A DNA stretch of 52,428 bases from an uncultured bacterium (lineage in GTDB: Bacteria > Hydrothermota > UBA3072). A program made the translations under genes and the position numbers. The notes below the pieces were generated by a model that did no database searches, was not told the origin of the DNA, and saw only the letters and a list, made by a program, of their open reading frames with translations. Location of the stretch: assembly GCA_964485935.1 (NCBI GenBank), contig CAZALG010000001.1, positions 1 to 52,428 of the forward strand. Direction: 5' to 3'. This document shows, in pieces, positions 17,294-27,124 of the stretch (position 1 is its first letter; every line of letters begins with the position of its first letter).

Positions 17294-17431
17294 CTAGTCA
17301 CGAGTCATCAGTCGCCAGTTAAAAATTAGGATTTAAGATTTGGGGGTTAGGATTTGGATATTTAGTTCGTTGTTCCTGGTTCACAGTTCGTTGTTTTTAC
17401 GGTCTGCAGTCTGCGGTATTCCGTCTTTCTT
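17294..17431. repeat. About 20 consecutive degenerate heptamers in successive word families (NNAGTCA x4; TNGGATT-type x5; NNNGTTC x5; CTGCNGT-type x3)
   Basis: ctagtca cgagtca tcagtcg ccagtta at 17294..17321. From 17327: taggatt taagatt tgggggt taggatt tggatat ttagttc gttgttc ctggttc acagttc gttgttt ttacggt ctgcagt ctgcggt attccgt. Confidence 0.8.
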
Positions 17432-17509
17432 TCTAACAGACCAATATTCCAAAACCTTTGTACTATAAGGATAAATGTCAAGTAATATTTTCTATTATTA
17501 AAAAACATC

Positions 17510-17538
17510 TTGACTAAAAACAGGAAAATGCTTATATT
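17510..17538 (+). promoter_or_regulatory. Sigma70-like promoter TTGACT-17-TATATT upstream of the Lys-rich micro-ORF
   Basis: TTGACT at 17510..17515 and TATATT at 17533..17538, about 97 nt upstream of ATG 17636. Confidence 0.45.
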
Positions 17539-17635
17539 TCAGTAGGCGTAGGTTATTATAGAGAGATTTTCTTCAAAGGGGTTGTCGGCTTTATTATTTT
17601 TAAAATTTAGCCATACTCTAAAAAAGGAGGGTAAT

Positions 17636-17722
17636 ATGGCATGTAAGAAAAAAGCCGCGTCTAAGAAAGCAAAAAGCAAGGCTAAACCCAAGAAGAAAAA
17701 AACTACGAAGAAGAAAAAATAA
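17636..17722 (+). CDS. 28-aa lysine-rich peptide MACKKKAASKKAKSKAKPKKKKTTKKKK (not in the ORF track)
   Basis: Strong SD AAGGAGG (17624..17630) 5 nt before the ATG, with its own promoter at 17510..17538. It sits isolated in a 770-bp intergenic region. Confidence 0.45.
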   Translation: MACKKKAASKKAKSKAKPKKKKTTKKKK

Positions 17723-17954
17723 GGTTTTCTGATTTCTAGTTTTAGTTTGTGTAGTGATTAAAAAAAGTGCTCACTTGAGTTCAATGTATTTTTTTGTTTT
17801 TTGGTAGTTGTGATAGGATTCTAACTTCTGAATTCCTTCTTGCTTTGTGTGAGGATAATTTTTGTGGTGGGGGTTTTAAAGCAACACCTTTCCCTCTGTG
17901 TTCTCTGTGTGTTTAGTATTTCTCTGTGCGCTCTGTGGTAAATATCAGCTGTTG

Positions 17955-19961
17955 CTATTTAATTAAAGTCATTTTCTTTGTTTCAGCAAAACGATTACCA
18001 ACCTGTAATACATAGAAATAAATACCACTTGATAAGTTTTCTGCATTGAAATTAACAGTATATTCTCCGGCTTCCTGAAATTCGTTTACTAATGTTTGAA
18101 TTTCTTGACCAAGCATATTATAGATTTTTAAAGAAACAAAATCTGATTGCCGCGTTGAGTATTTAACTGTGGTCGATAGATTAAAAGGATTCGGATAATT
18201 CTGTAACAATACAAAATTATCAAAACCGGCTGAAACGCCTCCTGTTTGAACTTGTTTAAGAATCCAATTATCGGGGTCGAACTCAAGATTGCTTATAGGC
18301 TTTGTTAGGGAGAGGTCAAATGTTTGCGTTTCCTGATCGTTCCAGACAGTGATTAACGTATCCCCTTCTCCCTCAAAATTGAATTTAAGTTGAATCGGCA
18401 TCTCAAATACCTGTCGTCGTCCTAAACTTGATTGTGTTTGATTTATTTGAACACTTGTTTCGAATGTTGCAGGATTTTGATAATAACTATATTCATAAAT
18501 AGGAAAATATTCGTCATATAACCATTGATCAAAAAAGAAGGTAAGGTTCATACCACTTACACTTTCGCAAATCGCTTTAAAATCTTCGGTTGTTGCTTCA
18601 GCGTACATAAGATCAGGATGGTTTGCATACTGGTGTAGACATTCGAAAAACAGAGAGTCTCCTAATACTTCTCGAAGCATATGCAGTGTCCAGGCGCCTT
18701 TATAATATATGATAGTGATAAAAATATTAAAAGGATCAGAGATATCTTGCAGGTATAGAGTTCCGTCTCCAAAATATTCAAAGAAGTCCATTTTACTTTT
18801 ATATTCTTCAATCCCGTTCGTATGTTCTTGCCACAATGCTTCGCAATATGTGGCAAATCCTTCATTCAGCCATCCATGATGCCAATCTTTACACGTGACC
18901 ATACAACCAAACCATAAATGGGCGGTTTCATGTACAGCGGTACCGAACCAGTCTATGGATATATTATTCATAATAATATTGGTTTGGTTTTCAATTGCAG
19001 AGTAAATCGGCCCGATTTCGGTCATACCGTATTTTTCGTTTCTAAACGGATATGCGCCGAATTTGCTTGAGAAAAAATTCAACACATCAGGTATCAGTTT
19101 AATAGACCCTTGCTGGGCATCATAAAAAGTTTCTTGAAAGACCCAATAATTCAGCGGATAACTTTCCCCAAAATCTCCTTCGTAGATATTTTGTACTTCT
19201 ATATAATTTGAAATTGCAACCATAACATAATAGGGTGTTATCGGATATCGGTGTCTCCATCGGAATGTATTCTTACCTCTATAAGAGACAACATCTTGTA
19301 ACAGACCGTTGGATGTTGCTGTTAATGGAATACTGTTTATAGTTGTATCGGGAATGGTTATATCGATATACACGGAATCGGGTTTATCCCCCGGTCCGTC
19401 TTTACAAGGCCACCAATAATAAGCTAAATACGGTGTTGATAAGTTTGCAATAACCGGTTCATCATTTCCATGTTCTCCATAGATCAACCCTTTATTGTAA
19501 TATGGGCCTTCGGCAATGGGTGGAATTCCTCTATAAAATATTTTTATTTCGGCCGATTCATCTGCGTTATAGACTTTGTCCAGGGTAATATTAATGGAAT
19601 CATTAGAAAATGAGAAACCGGTAGAGTTTCCAATGATGCTGTCTATGGAGAAAGAATGATGTAAATTGAGGGTGATGGATTGAACACTGTCTTCTGTTAT
19701 TTCAAACCGGCATAATACACTTCCGCTTATATATGGTGAAGAAATATTGATTTCGACATCAAGATAATAAAAAAGAACATCAAAAAGGGAATCAATATTA
19801 AAAGATTCATAACGTTGAATATATTCTATCCAGTTTTGTTGTTCGATCTTATAATTATCCAATAAAATAGTAGAATTTTGAGCGGCGGATAGATTTATCC
19901 ATGAAGTGTTTGCAATAAAGAGAAGCACCACAAACAGATTGAATTTTTGTTTTTTAAACAT
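17955..19961 (-). CDS. M1-family zinc metallopeptidase (aminopeptidase N-like) with a T9SS C-terminal sorting domain
   Basis: HETAHLWFG-X18-WLNEGFATY (HEXXH-X18-E), with an upstream SAIEN (GAMEN-like) motif. C-terminal LLQNYPNPFNLSTTVKYS...LKIYNMLGQEI...SGIYFYVL. The ATG at 19961 gives a signal-like MFKKQKFNLFVVLLFIA, although the ORF extends to 20003. Confidence 0.75.
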   Translation of the reverse strand: MFKKQKFNLFVVLLFIANTSWINLSAAQNSTILLDNYKIEQQNWIEYIQRYESFNIDSLFDVLFYYLDVEINISSPYISGSVLCRFEITEDSVQSITLNLHHSFSIDSIIGNSTGFSFSNDSINITLDKVYNADESAEIKIFYRGIPPIAEGPYYNKGLIYGEHGNDEPVIANLSTPYLAYYWWPCKDGPGDKPDSVYIDITIPDTTINSIPLTATSNGLLQDVVSYRGKNTFRWRHRYPITPYYVMVAISNYIEVQNIYEGDFGESYPLNYWVFQETFYDAQQGSIKLIPDVLNFFSSKFGAYPFRNEKYGMTEIGPIYSAIENQTNIIMNNISIDWFGTAVHETAHLWFGCMVTCKDWHHGWLNEGFATYCEALWQEHTNGIEEYKSKMDFFEYFGDGTLYLQDISDPFNIFITIIYYKGAWTLHMLREVLGDSLFFECLHQYANHPDLMYAEATTEDFKAICESVSGMNLTFFFDQWLYDEYFPIYEYSYYQNPATFETSVQINQTQSSLGRRQVFEMPIQLKFNFEGEGDTLITVWNDQETQTFDLSLTKPISNLEFDPDNWILKQVQTGGVSAGFDNFVLLQNYPNPFNLSTTVKYSTRQSDFVSLKIYNMLGQEIQTLVNEFQEAGEYTVNFNAENLSSGIYFYVLQVGNRFAETKKMTLIK

Positions 19962-20026
19962 ATTTTTACTCTTTAAATATATAAATTTTTTTGAAGATAT
20001 CAAGATGAATTTGCCATCATTTGTCG

Positions 20027-23000
20027 CTATTTCACTAAAATCATTTTCTTTGTCTGGGAAAAATCATTTGCTTCGATTTTATAGAAATAAATCCCGCCCG
20101 CGAGACTCCCGGCATTAAAATCAACCGAATGATAGCCGGCTTCCTTCCTCTCATCTACAAGAACGACAACTTTTTGACCGGATATATTATACAGATTTAT
20201 ACGAACTTGAGCCGCCTTTTTTAATCCATACTGAATATGAGAAACCGCATTAAACGGATTAGGATAATTTTGACTGAGAAAATAATTTGAAGGAATGTCG
20301 CTGGGTTCTTCCACCCCTGTTATTGGTTCTCTAATTTCTAAAGCGCTTAATTTCGCGTTGTCGGTTACACTGATAAAATCGATATTCAATTCTCCGTTGG
20401 TTATACTTACAGGCATGACAACGTCGTACGCTGTGTTTTTATCGGTACGGAACAGGAGGTCTAAATCCTGGATAACCTGTTCTCCTTCCATCTCAACATC
20501 AAATATACGACTTCCCGGATTATCCTGATATATTTCGGCAAATTTGAATACCACATCATAGGAGCCGTTCGCAAGAGGAATCGCTTAGCTAAAATCACCA
20601 TAACGTTCACTCTGGTAAAGTGTATCATCTGCGGTACCGCCGATAGCAGTGGTTACAGAATAGGTAGAACCTCCGGAAAGCCATCCCGAAGATTCGTCAT
20701 TCATATACTCTATACCGCTTGTGGAAGATAAATAAGTGTCGCCTCCGGCATTTAAGGCGTGAATTACCTCTCCGTTTCCACCACCACCAGTAGTAACGAC
20801 TATTTCAGTGCCGGGGTCGGAAATATTTCCTGCGTTATATGAACGAACCCGGTAAGTGTAAGCTGTGGACTTTAATAGACCTGTTTCCAAATAAAATGTA
20901 TCGGTTGTAGCGCCGACTGTTCGGAAAACTCCGTCTATATCTACATCCACATAATACCCGAGTACATCCTCTTCTACAGCATTCCAGGATAGAAGGATTT
21001 GACTGGAATTTAAAGCATTGCCCTCTAAATTTTCGGGCGGATCGGGGACACTCAGACCCGGTTTAGGATCTCCTTCTATCCGGATAGTAATGCCTGCAGA
21101 AGGTATTGTCCCTGACCAATCTATTTTCAGCTGAGCAAGGTCTCCGCTTCCCGTGCGCAGGTAGTCAGTGCTAACTCCATTTACTCTTACAAAATCTATC
21201 GCATCCAGTGAATCACTGTATAAATCCCAAACATAAATAGCCGAAACATCCACTTCTTCATCCGGCGTGAAAACGATTTCTTGATTTTGGTAAGATTCAC
21301 CATAAGTGTTGTAACTCACAGTAGCGTAACCTCCAGGTGTAATTATAAGAGCATCCTGCAACTCGTGATTTAAAGAATCAAAGAGCATAGGTTCCAACCA
21401 TAGCTCACCCGAATATTCGTTGCGATGATATCCCGCAATATTGTAGTAATTGCGCCATAGAACAGGAATACTTATATATTGATAATATCCGCTCGCGCTT
21501 GTTGCAATCCACGTCGGAGAGGGAACCTCCGAAGGAATGCCAAGCTCCTGATCAAATACACGATTTCTATCGAGATAGTTACGCTCATACATATCTTTCT
21601 GCAGAGCCCACCACATACTAAACCTGCCTGCTTGCAGGGAATACCCTCCCAGGTGTCCGACAAGATACGGCTGCCACTCCGAATAGGAACCGCCGGGCAA
21701 TCCCATACCTCGATTCAAAGGGTCGTAATAATTGACGATTGTGTTATAAAGACCGTTTAATTTTTGTTTCTCCCAGAAGGGATCCATCTTTAGATAGTTA
21801 GCAATCCACGGACCACCGAGAACGCTTTCGCAGTAACTTCCCGTCGGATAGGTGTTATCCAGCCACCTGCTTTCAAAATTCATCGCAGCGGTATCTAAAG
21901 CAGCCTCGTAAAGACTATCTATATCTACTTCTCCCATAATTTCTGCTAAATAAGTCATAATTTGATATGCCACGACAGAAAGGCCCGTATTGTATGCCTG
22001 TGAGTTACCGCCCGCGTCATAGGTGCTCAGAGAATTTTCGAAAGTGTAGGGATAAGTAGAGCTGCCATACTCATTGACCTGGTCGAGAACGCGCTGTCCC
22101 GCGTTTTTTACATAATCCCAAAAATAGGAGAGTTTATCCTCATCGGCAGTGGCGATAAAGGCTTCATAAACGGAAATAATAAATCCGCAGTTCAAATCGA
22201 CCCACTCATATATTGGTCTGTAATCGGCATGTTCCGTATCGTCCCAATCCACATAATTGAAATTTGTTCCTAAATCGTGATGGATTTGACCGGTATAGTT
22301 ATCGACATGCTGAGTTCGAGCCCACCATTTCAACTCCTGCCAGGCGAGCTCCGGGTTAATCATCGTATAAATTTGCCTTGCATGCCACATCTGGTCCATG
22401 GTACCCTCCGGACTCCACATGCCTTCAGTGTGGCAGTAACGGCCGTCCTGAAAATATACACTGTTATTGACGAGATTTACCGTAGAGTTAAGAGTCTGAT
22501 CGACGAGCCACTCCGGAAGATTGGAACTCCGCATACGATTTACCAGTTCATCCGATTTATCTTGGAAAGCATCAAAATTACTGAGGGCTGAAACAGATAC
22601 CTCTTTAGCATTATTCCATATATTGGTATATTGATAATGGTCCAGTTCGTCCACTTGATACCATGACAAAACAAAACGCATTCTTCTTGTTTCACCTGAG
22701 GCTAAAGAAATTCTTAAAGCAAGGCGGTTTGTCGTACCGGAAAGACTATTGTCGCATAGCCCGTCGGTAAAAAAACCGCTGTCATTTCCATAGCTCAAAT
22801 CACCGGTGCCATCAGGAAAGTCACCGATAAGACAGAGTTCAAGAGAATCACCATTTGCTACAAATCCAGTATCCGTAATAGCTGTTGGTGTAACAGGTGT
22901 ACTAATTTGAAAAGCCAGAGCGCACTCGACCGCGCTGCTTTCTAAATTCTCAATCGTGAATTCAAACATCGCGCAGGGGTGACACATCATCGAAACGGAG

Positions 23001-23374
23001 TCGGGGTAATAGGGCATATAGGCTGTCAACTCCACTGCTACATCATTTAACTCGCCAAAATTCACCCAATGTAAAGGAAAAATAGCGTCATCATCCACCC
23101 GTCCGCTGTTCTGTAGGGCAGTTAATAAATCATCCGTTAATATTGAATCTACTCTTTGGGTGAATAATTGAAATTGCGTTTCAGATAAGGGATCATAATC
23201 TTCGTCTCGAGTGGGTGTGCGAAAATTCGCAGCAAATGTTCCACTGCTTGCAGCGTACTTCACAGCTCCCGTACCGACGCCACCAAGAGGGAGTCCCGTA
23301 GTTCCGTCCGTTTTTCCAAATAAATAAACACAAAAAAGTAAAAGCAGGACAGAAATTCTTTTTAATACATTCAT
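20027..23374 (-). pseudogene. GH116-like (DUF608) glycosidase + FN3 + malectin + T9SS CTD reading frame interrupted by one in-frame TAA (20585..20587)
   Basis: ORFs 20585..23374 and 20027..20554 are in the same frame. The upstream ORF ends ...DDTLYQSERYGDFS*. The frame continues AIPLANGSYDVVFKFAEIY, which is the second half of a malectin-type domain, and the stop sits where Tyr (TAY) is expected. N-terminal LPLGGVGTGAVK is GH116-N-like. The FN3 segment is around PPENLEGNALNSSQILLSW...YTYRVRSYN. The CTD reads LSQNYPNPFNAVSHIQY...SLAGGIYFYKI. Confidence 0.6.
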
Positions 23375-23376
23375 AT

Positions 23377-23790
23377 CTATTCCCCGATTATCTTAATCAA
23401 TACCCTTTTTTTTCTTCGTCCGTCGAATTCACCGTAAAATATCTGTTCCCAGGGTCCGAAGTCTAACTGACCATCGGTAACTGCCACGACAACCTCTCTA
23501 CCCATAAGCTGCCGCTTAATATGAGCATCCGCGTTATCTTCGTAAGTATTATGTTTGTAGCGCGGTGGGTCATAGGGAACTTTTTCTTCAAGCCATTTCT
23601 TGTAATCCTCGTGCAACCCGGACTCATCATCGTTTATAAAAACACTTGCGGTAATATGCATGGCATTAACGAGACATAATCCTTCTTTTATTCCGCTTTC
23701 TTTTAGAGCTTCATCTACCTGAAGTGTAATATTTATAAGATCTACTCTGTTGGGTGTATTGAACCATAATTCTTTTTTATAGCTTTTCAT
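23377..23790 (-). CDS. yjbQ: YjbQ/UPF0047 family protein (secondary thiamine-phosphate synthase-like)
   Basis: 137 aa. [19 protein letters not shown]...[13 protein letters not shown]...[24 protein letters not shown] matches the family pattern. Confidence 0.75.
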   Translation of the reverse strand: MKSYKKELWFNTPNRVDLINITLQVDEALKESGIKEGLCLVNAMHITASVFINDDESGLHEDYKKWLEEKVPYDPPRYKHNTYEDNADAHIKRQLMGREVVVAVTDGQLDFGPWEQIFYGEFDGRRKKRVLIKIIGE

Positions 23791-23813
23791 CTTTTTCCTC
23801 CTCGGCAGCTGAT

Positions 23814-24893
23814 TTATGAGTATTCTTTTTTTAGCATTAAGTATAGTCCTATCGTGAGAAAAAGTATATCCGGAATTAAAATCGAGAGTGAAGGCGGTAG
23901 ATTTCCCTTTATTCCGAGTTCTTTAAATAGTTGAATGATACCCCAGAAGGTAAACGCGGAAAGAGTGCCAAGTCCGAATCCGAAGAGTAGACCTCTTCTT
24001 TTGACTTCAAGGGCAAGAGGACAACCAAAAAGAAGAATGATGGCACTTACAAAAGGATATGAAATTCTCTCGAGTAATTCGATCTTTTCAGAGTTGGACT
24101 TCTGTCCGCTTCTGTCCAGTTTCTTAATATAACGTAAAAGCTCCGAAAAAGGAAGATTTATAGGGTTGTATTTGCTCCTAACTAATTCACCGGGAGACGT
24201 TTTGAAATCCTCGATTATTTTTTCACTTTTGGATTCCAGCAATACAAGATCATCGACGAAATTTCTAATATAGACTTTAGAAAAAACCCAGCTTGAATCT
24301 TTCCACTCGCCTTTCTCCGCATCAACTCTGGAGACCAATTTTCCGTCTCTGTATTCCAAAATATATACTTCGTGAATTGTATTGTCGTTGAGCCTATTTA
24401 TGCCTACAATTTTCCCTTCATCTGTTATGTAGTTTATATTTCTGGCGTAGCTTCTTGTAAAATCTTCCATTTTATCTATCTCTTTTCTTTTGAACTCGGT
24501 AAGTAGTTCTTTTGACCTTGGAATTAAAGAAAGATTAAAGGCTAAAACAACCAGTGAAACCAGAAAACCATAGAGAAAAATCGGTTTGTATATTCTAAGA
24601 GGCGGCACACCGAGCCCTCTGAGAGCCAATACTTCATTGTGTTTCGTTATTAATCCGAGAGAAAAATAAAGTCCCATTAAAGTGGCAAGAGGCATTAAAA
24701 GAACAACGATTTTGGGCGAAAACAGGAGATAATATTTTAAAATAGTAAAAAATGATGCTTTTCTGTCCACGAAGTATCCGATATTTTCGAATAAATTTGT
24801 GATTATATAAATAAAAAGAAAGCCTACTAACGAAAGGGCTAAAGCTAAAATAAACTTTTTAATTATATAATTATCTAAGGTTCTATTTTTCAT
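23814..24893 (-). CDS. lptG: LPS export ABC permease, LptG (YjgP/YjgQ family)
   Basis: 359 aa with the family architecture of 3 TM, a periplasmic beta-jellyroll region, then 3 TM. It follows the paralogous permease with an 11-nt overlap. Confidence 0.65.
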   Translation of the reverse strand: MKNRTLDNYIIKKFILALALSLVGFLFIYIITNLFENIGYFVDRKASFFTILKYYLLFSPKIVVLLMPLATLMGLYFSLGLITKHNEVLALRGLGVPPLRIYKPIFLYGFLVSLVVLAFNLSLIPRSKELLTEFKRKEIDKMEDFTRSYARNINYITDEGKIVGINRLNDNTIHEVYILEYRDGKLVSRVDAEKGEWKDSSWVFSKVYIRNFVDDLVLLESKSEKIIEDFKTSPGELVRSKYNPINLPFSELLRYIKKLDRSGQKSNSEKIELLERISYPFVSAIILLFGCPLALEVKRRGLLFGFGLGTLSAFTFWGIIQLFKELGIKGNLPPSLSILIPDILFLTIGLYLMLKKEYS

Positions 24894-26025
24894 AGACTAT
24901 TTTATAAAAAAGATATATGCCTGCAATTCCTATAACAATATTTGGAAGCCACATCGCAAGAGAAGGATAAAGAGAACCTCTTTCACATAATTCTTCTCCT
25001 CCGACCAACAATATATAGTAAAGAATAAACATGAAGAAACTCAAAGTTATCCCATTCCCAAGCCCACCCTTTTTCGTTTGTATTCCGAGAGGAGCACCTA
25101 TAAGGACAAAAACCAAACAAGCAAAAGGTATGGAGAATTTTTTCTGTGCTTCCAGAAGATAACGCCATTTTCTTCTTTTCACATTCGCTCTTCTGGCATT
25201 TTCCAAAAGTTGTTTTAAATTCATTTCCCTGTAACTTCTAGTGACCGTCCTTGCCTTTTTCTCTCCCAGGGGTACGGAAATTATATAATTATTAAAATTC
25301 ATTATTCTGTATTCCTCAGGATTTCTCTGGTCGAAAATATGGGTTTCCCCATTGTAGAGTGAAAAAGTTAGGCTGTCGCCTAAAACTTCCATCTTTCCCT
25401 CGTCGGCATATATTATTCTTGTGGATTCTCCGGGTAAATCTTCCTTTAGCATAACCTTTGTTAGTTTTGACTTTGAATGGTCTATATTTTTTATCCATAG
25501 GGTATAACCGTTACTGATTTCATTAAACTTTTCAGGAAGTAGGTGCAGGGTAGGTCTTGCTCTCGAGATTTCCAGGTAGAGTTTTTTTAGTTTGAAGTTA
25601 GCTTCGGGTAACAAGTAAATGTTAAAAAATATCATTCCGATTGTCACTCCAGAAGCCGCCAGAAAAAATCCTTTGGTTAAACCCAAAGGGTTGATTCCGA
25701 GAGAGCGTATTGCGAGAATTTCAAAATCCCCACTCATTCTCCCATAAGTGGCAATAGTGGAAACCAGTACTCCCATAGGCACAGTTAGAGCTATTATAAA
25801 AGGTAAACTATATACAAAAACCGCGATGACAGATATTGGCGGTACATTTTTACCTATAAGAAAATCGAACAACTGGAAAGCTCTGTCCATTAGGAGAATA
25901 AAACTAAAAAGTGAAAATCCCGCGAGAAATGGGATAGCCGCCTGCTTCAATAAATACTTGCTCAGGAGAGAAATTTTACATCTTCTTGAAGGGGAAGAAA
26001 AGTCTTTCATATTCATTTTGCGCAA
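24883..26025 (-). CDS. lptF: LPS export ABC permease, LptF (YjgP/YjgQ family)
   Basis: SLLSKYLLKQAAIPFLAGFSLF is a typical N-terminus for the family. The start is uncertain: TTG 26025 and ATG 26016 or 26010 all overlap the dgt 3' end, while the conserved part begins only at about 25974. Confidence 0.65.
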   Translation of the reverse strand: MRKMNMKDFSSPSRRCKISLLSKYLLKQAAIPFLAGFSLFSFILLMDRAFQLFDFLIGKNVPPISVIAVFVYSLPFIIALTVPMGVLVSTIATYGRMSGDFEILAIRSLGINPLGLTKGFFLAASGVTIGMIFFNIYLLPEANFKLKKLYLEISRARPTLHLLPEKFNEISNGYTLWIKNIDHSKSKLTKVMLKEDLPGESTRIIYADEGKMEVLGDSLTFSLYNGETHIFDQRNPEEYRIMNFNNYIISVPLGEKKARTVTRSYREMNLKQLLENARRANVKRRKWRYLLEAQKKFSIPFACLVFVLIGAPLGIQTKKGGLGNGITLSFFMFILYYILLVGGEELCERGSLYPSLAMWLPNIVIGIAGIYLFYKIVYEK

Positions 26026-27124
26026 AGCGGTCTGTCATTCCCGCTATGTAGTCACAAATTACTCTTTCTTTACCAAATTCCGGTATTGTTTTATGAAATT
26101 GAGGGGGAAGCTGATTTGTTTCCTTTAGATAAATCGAGAAGAGTGCCTCTATTATTCTTTTGGATTTTTCCTGCATTTTTATAACCTTGTAGTGCTGGTA
26201 CAAATTTTCCATTAAAAAATTTTTTAATTCACGATTTAGTTTTTCTAATTTATCGGAGAATTTAACAAGAGGGGGGTTGGCGTAAACATCCTTCAAGGTT
26301 TTTATGTTGTTCTCTTTTATATTATTTAGTGATGTTTCGATTATATCTATTACTTCGATTTTAATAAAATTCCTTATTGCCATGTATATTCTTTCCTGCT
26401 TGTCGAGTTTTGGGTCTGTTTTCTTGTAAATATCACTCCAGAGGGTGACTTTTTTTAACTGTTCCAGATTTATATAGTTAGATTTTAGTCCGTCGTCAAG
26501 GTCATGGGCATTGTATGCAATTTCATCAGCAACATTTCCTATCTGACCCTCAAGAGAAGCAGAAGAGCTTACATCAAATTCATTTTTTATCGGATTAGGA
26601 GAATCGTAATCGGTTTCGTGTTTTATTATTCCTTCTCTTGTCTCGTAACAGAGATTCAAGCCCCTGAATTTACTATACCTGTGTTCAAGAACATCTACTA
26701 CCCGCAAGCCCTGAACATTATGCTCGAATCCGCCGTGATTTTTCATGAGTTCGTTTAATTGGGCTTCCCCGGCATGTCCAAAGGGAGTGTGTCCTATGTC
26801 ATGTGCCAGACTTATTGCTTCAGTAAGGGACTCATTTAACCCCAGCGCTTTTGCGATAGTTCTCGCGATTTGTTGGACCTCAAGTGCATGGGTCAGCCTC
26901 GTCCTGTAGTAATCTCCTTCGTGATTCACAAACACCTGTGTTTTATATTCTAAACGCCTGAAAGCAGTAGAATGAATGATTCTGTCTCTATCCCGCATAA
27001 AATGAGTACGGTATTCTGGCGGAGGTTCTTTGTATACTCTCCCTTTGCTTTTTCCGGAAAAGACCGCGTAAGGCGCAAGAGTTTTTTCTTCAACTTCTTC
27101 AAGATGTTTTCTTAATTTTTTCAT
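25976..27124 (-). CDS. dgt: dGTP triphosphohydrolase-like HD-domain protein
   Basis: FMRDRDRIIHSTAFRRLEYKTQVF, RLTHALEVQQIARTIA and LAHDIGHTPFGHAGE motifs. Confidence 0.75.
   Translation of the reverse strand: MKKLRKHLEEVEEKTLAPYAVFSGKSKGRVYKEPPPEYRTHFMRDRDRIIHSTAFRRLEYKTQVFVNHEGDYYRTRLTHALEVQQIARTIAKALGLNESLTEAISLAHDIGHTPFGHAGEAQLNELMKNHGGFEHNVQGLRVVDVLEHRYSKFRGLNLCYETREGIIKHETDYDSPNPIKNEFDVSSSASLEGQIGNVADEIAYNAHDLDDGLKSNYINLEQLKKVTLWSDIYKKTDPKLDKQERIYMAIRNFIKIEVIDIIETSLNNIKENNIKTLKDVYANPPLVKFSDKLEKLNRELKNFLMENLYQHYKVIKMQEKSKRIIEALFSIYLKETNQLPPQFHKTIPEFGKERVICDYIAGMTDRFAQNEYERLFFPFKKM

Noticed and set aside
20027-20554. 175-aa ORF as an independent gene (malectin fragment plus T9SS CTD)
   Set aside because: It begins mid-domain at a GTG, has no signal peptide, and is in frame with the upstream ORF across a single TAA. 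It is treated as the 3' part of one interrupted gene.
20585-20587. TAA reassignment or an alternative genetic code as the explanation for the in-frame stop
   Set aside because: TAA terminates many well-delimited genes in this window at expected protein lengths, for example 4781..5557, dgt, purN and 51417..52289. A genome-wide recoding is therefore not supported.
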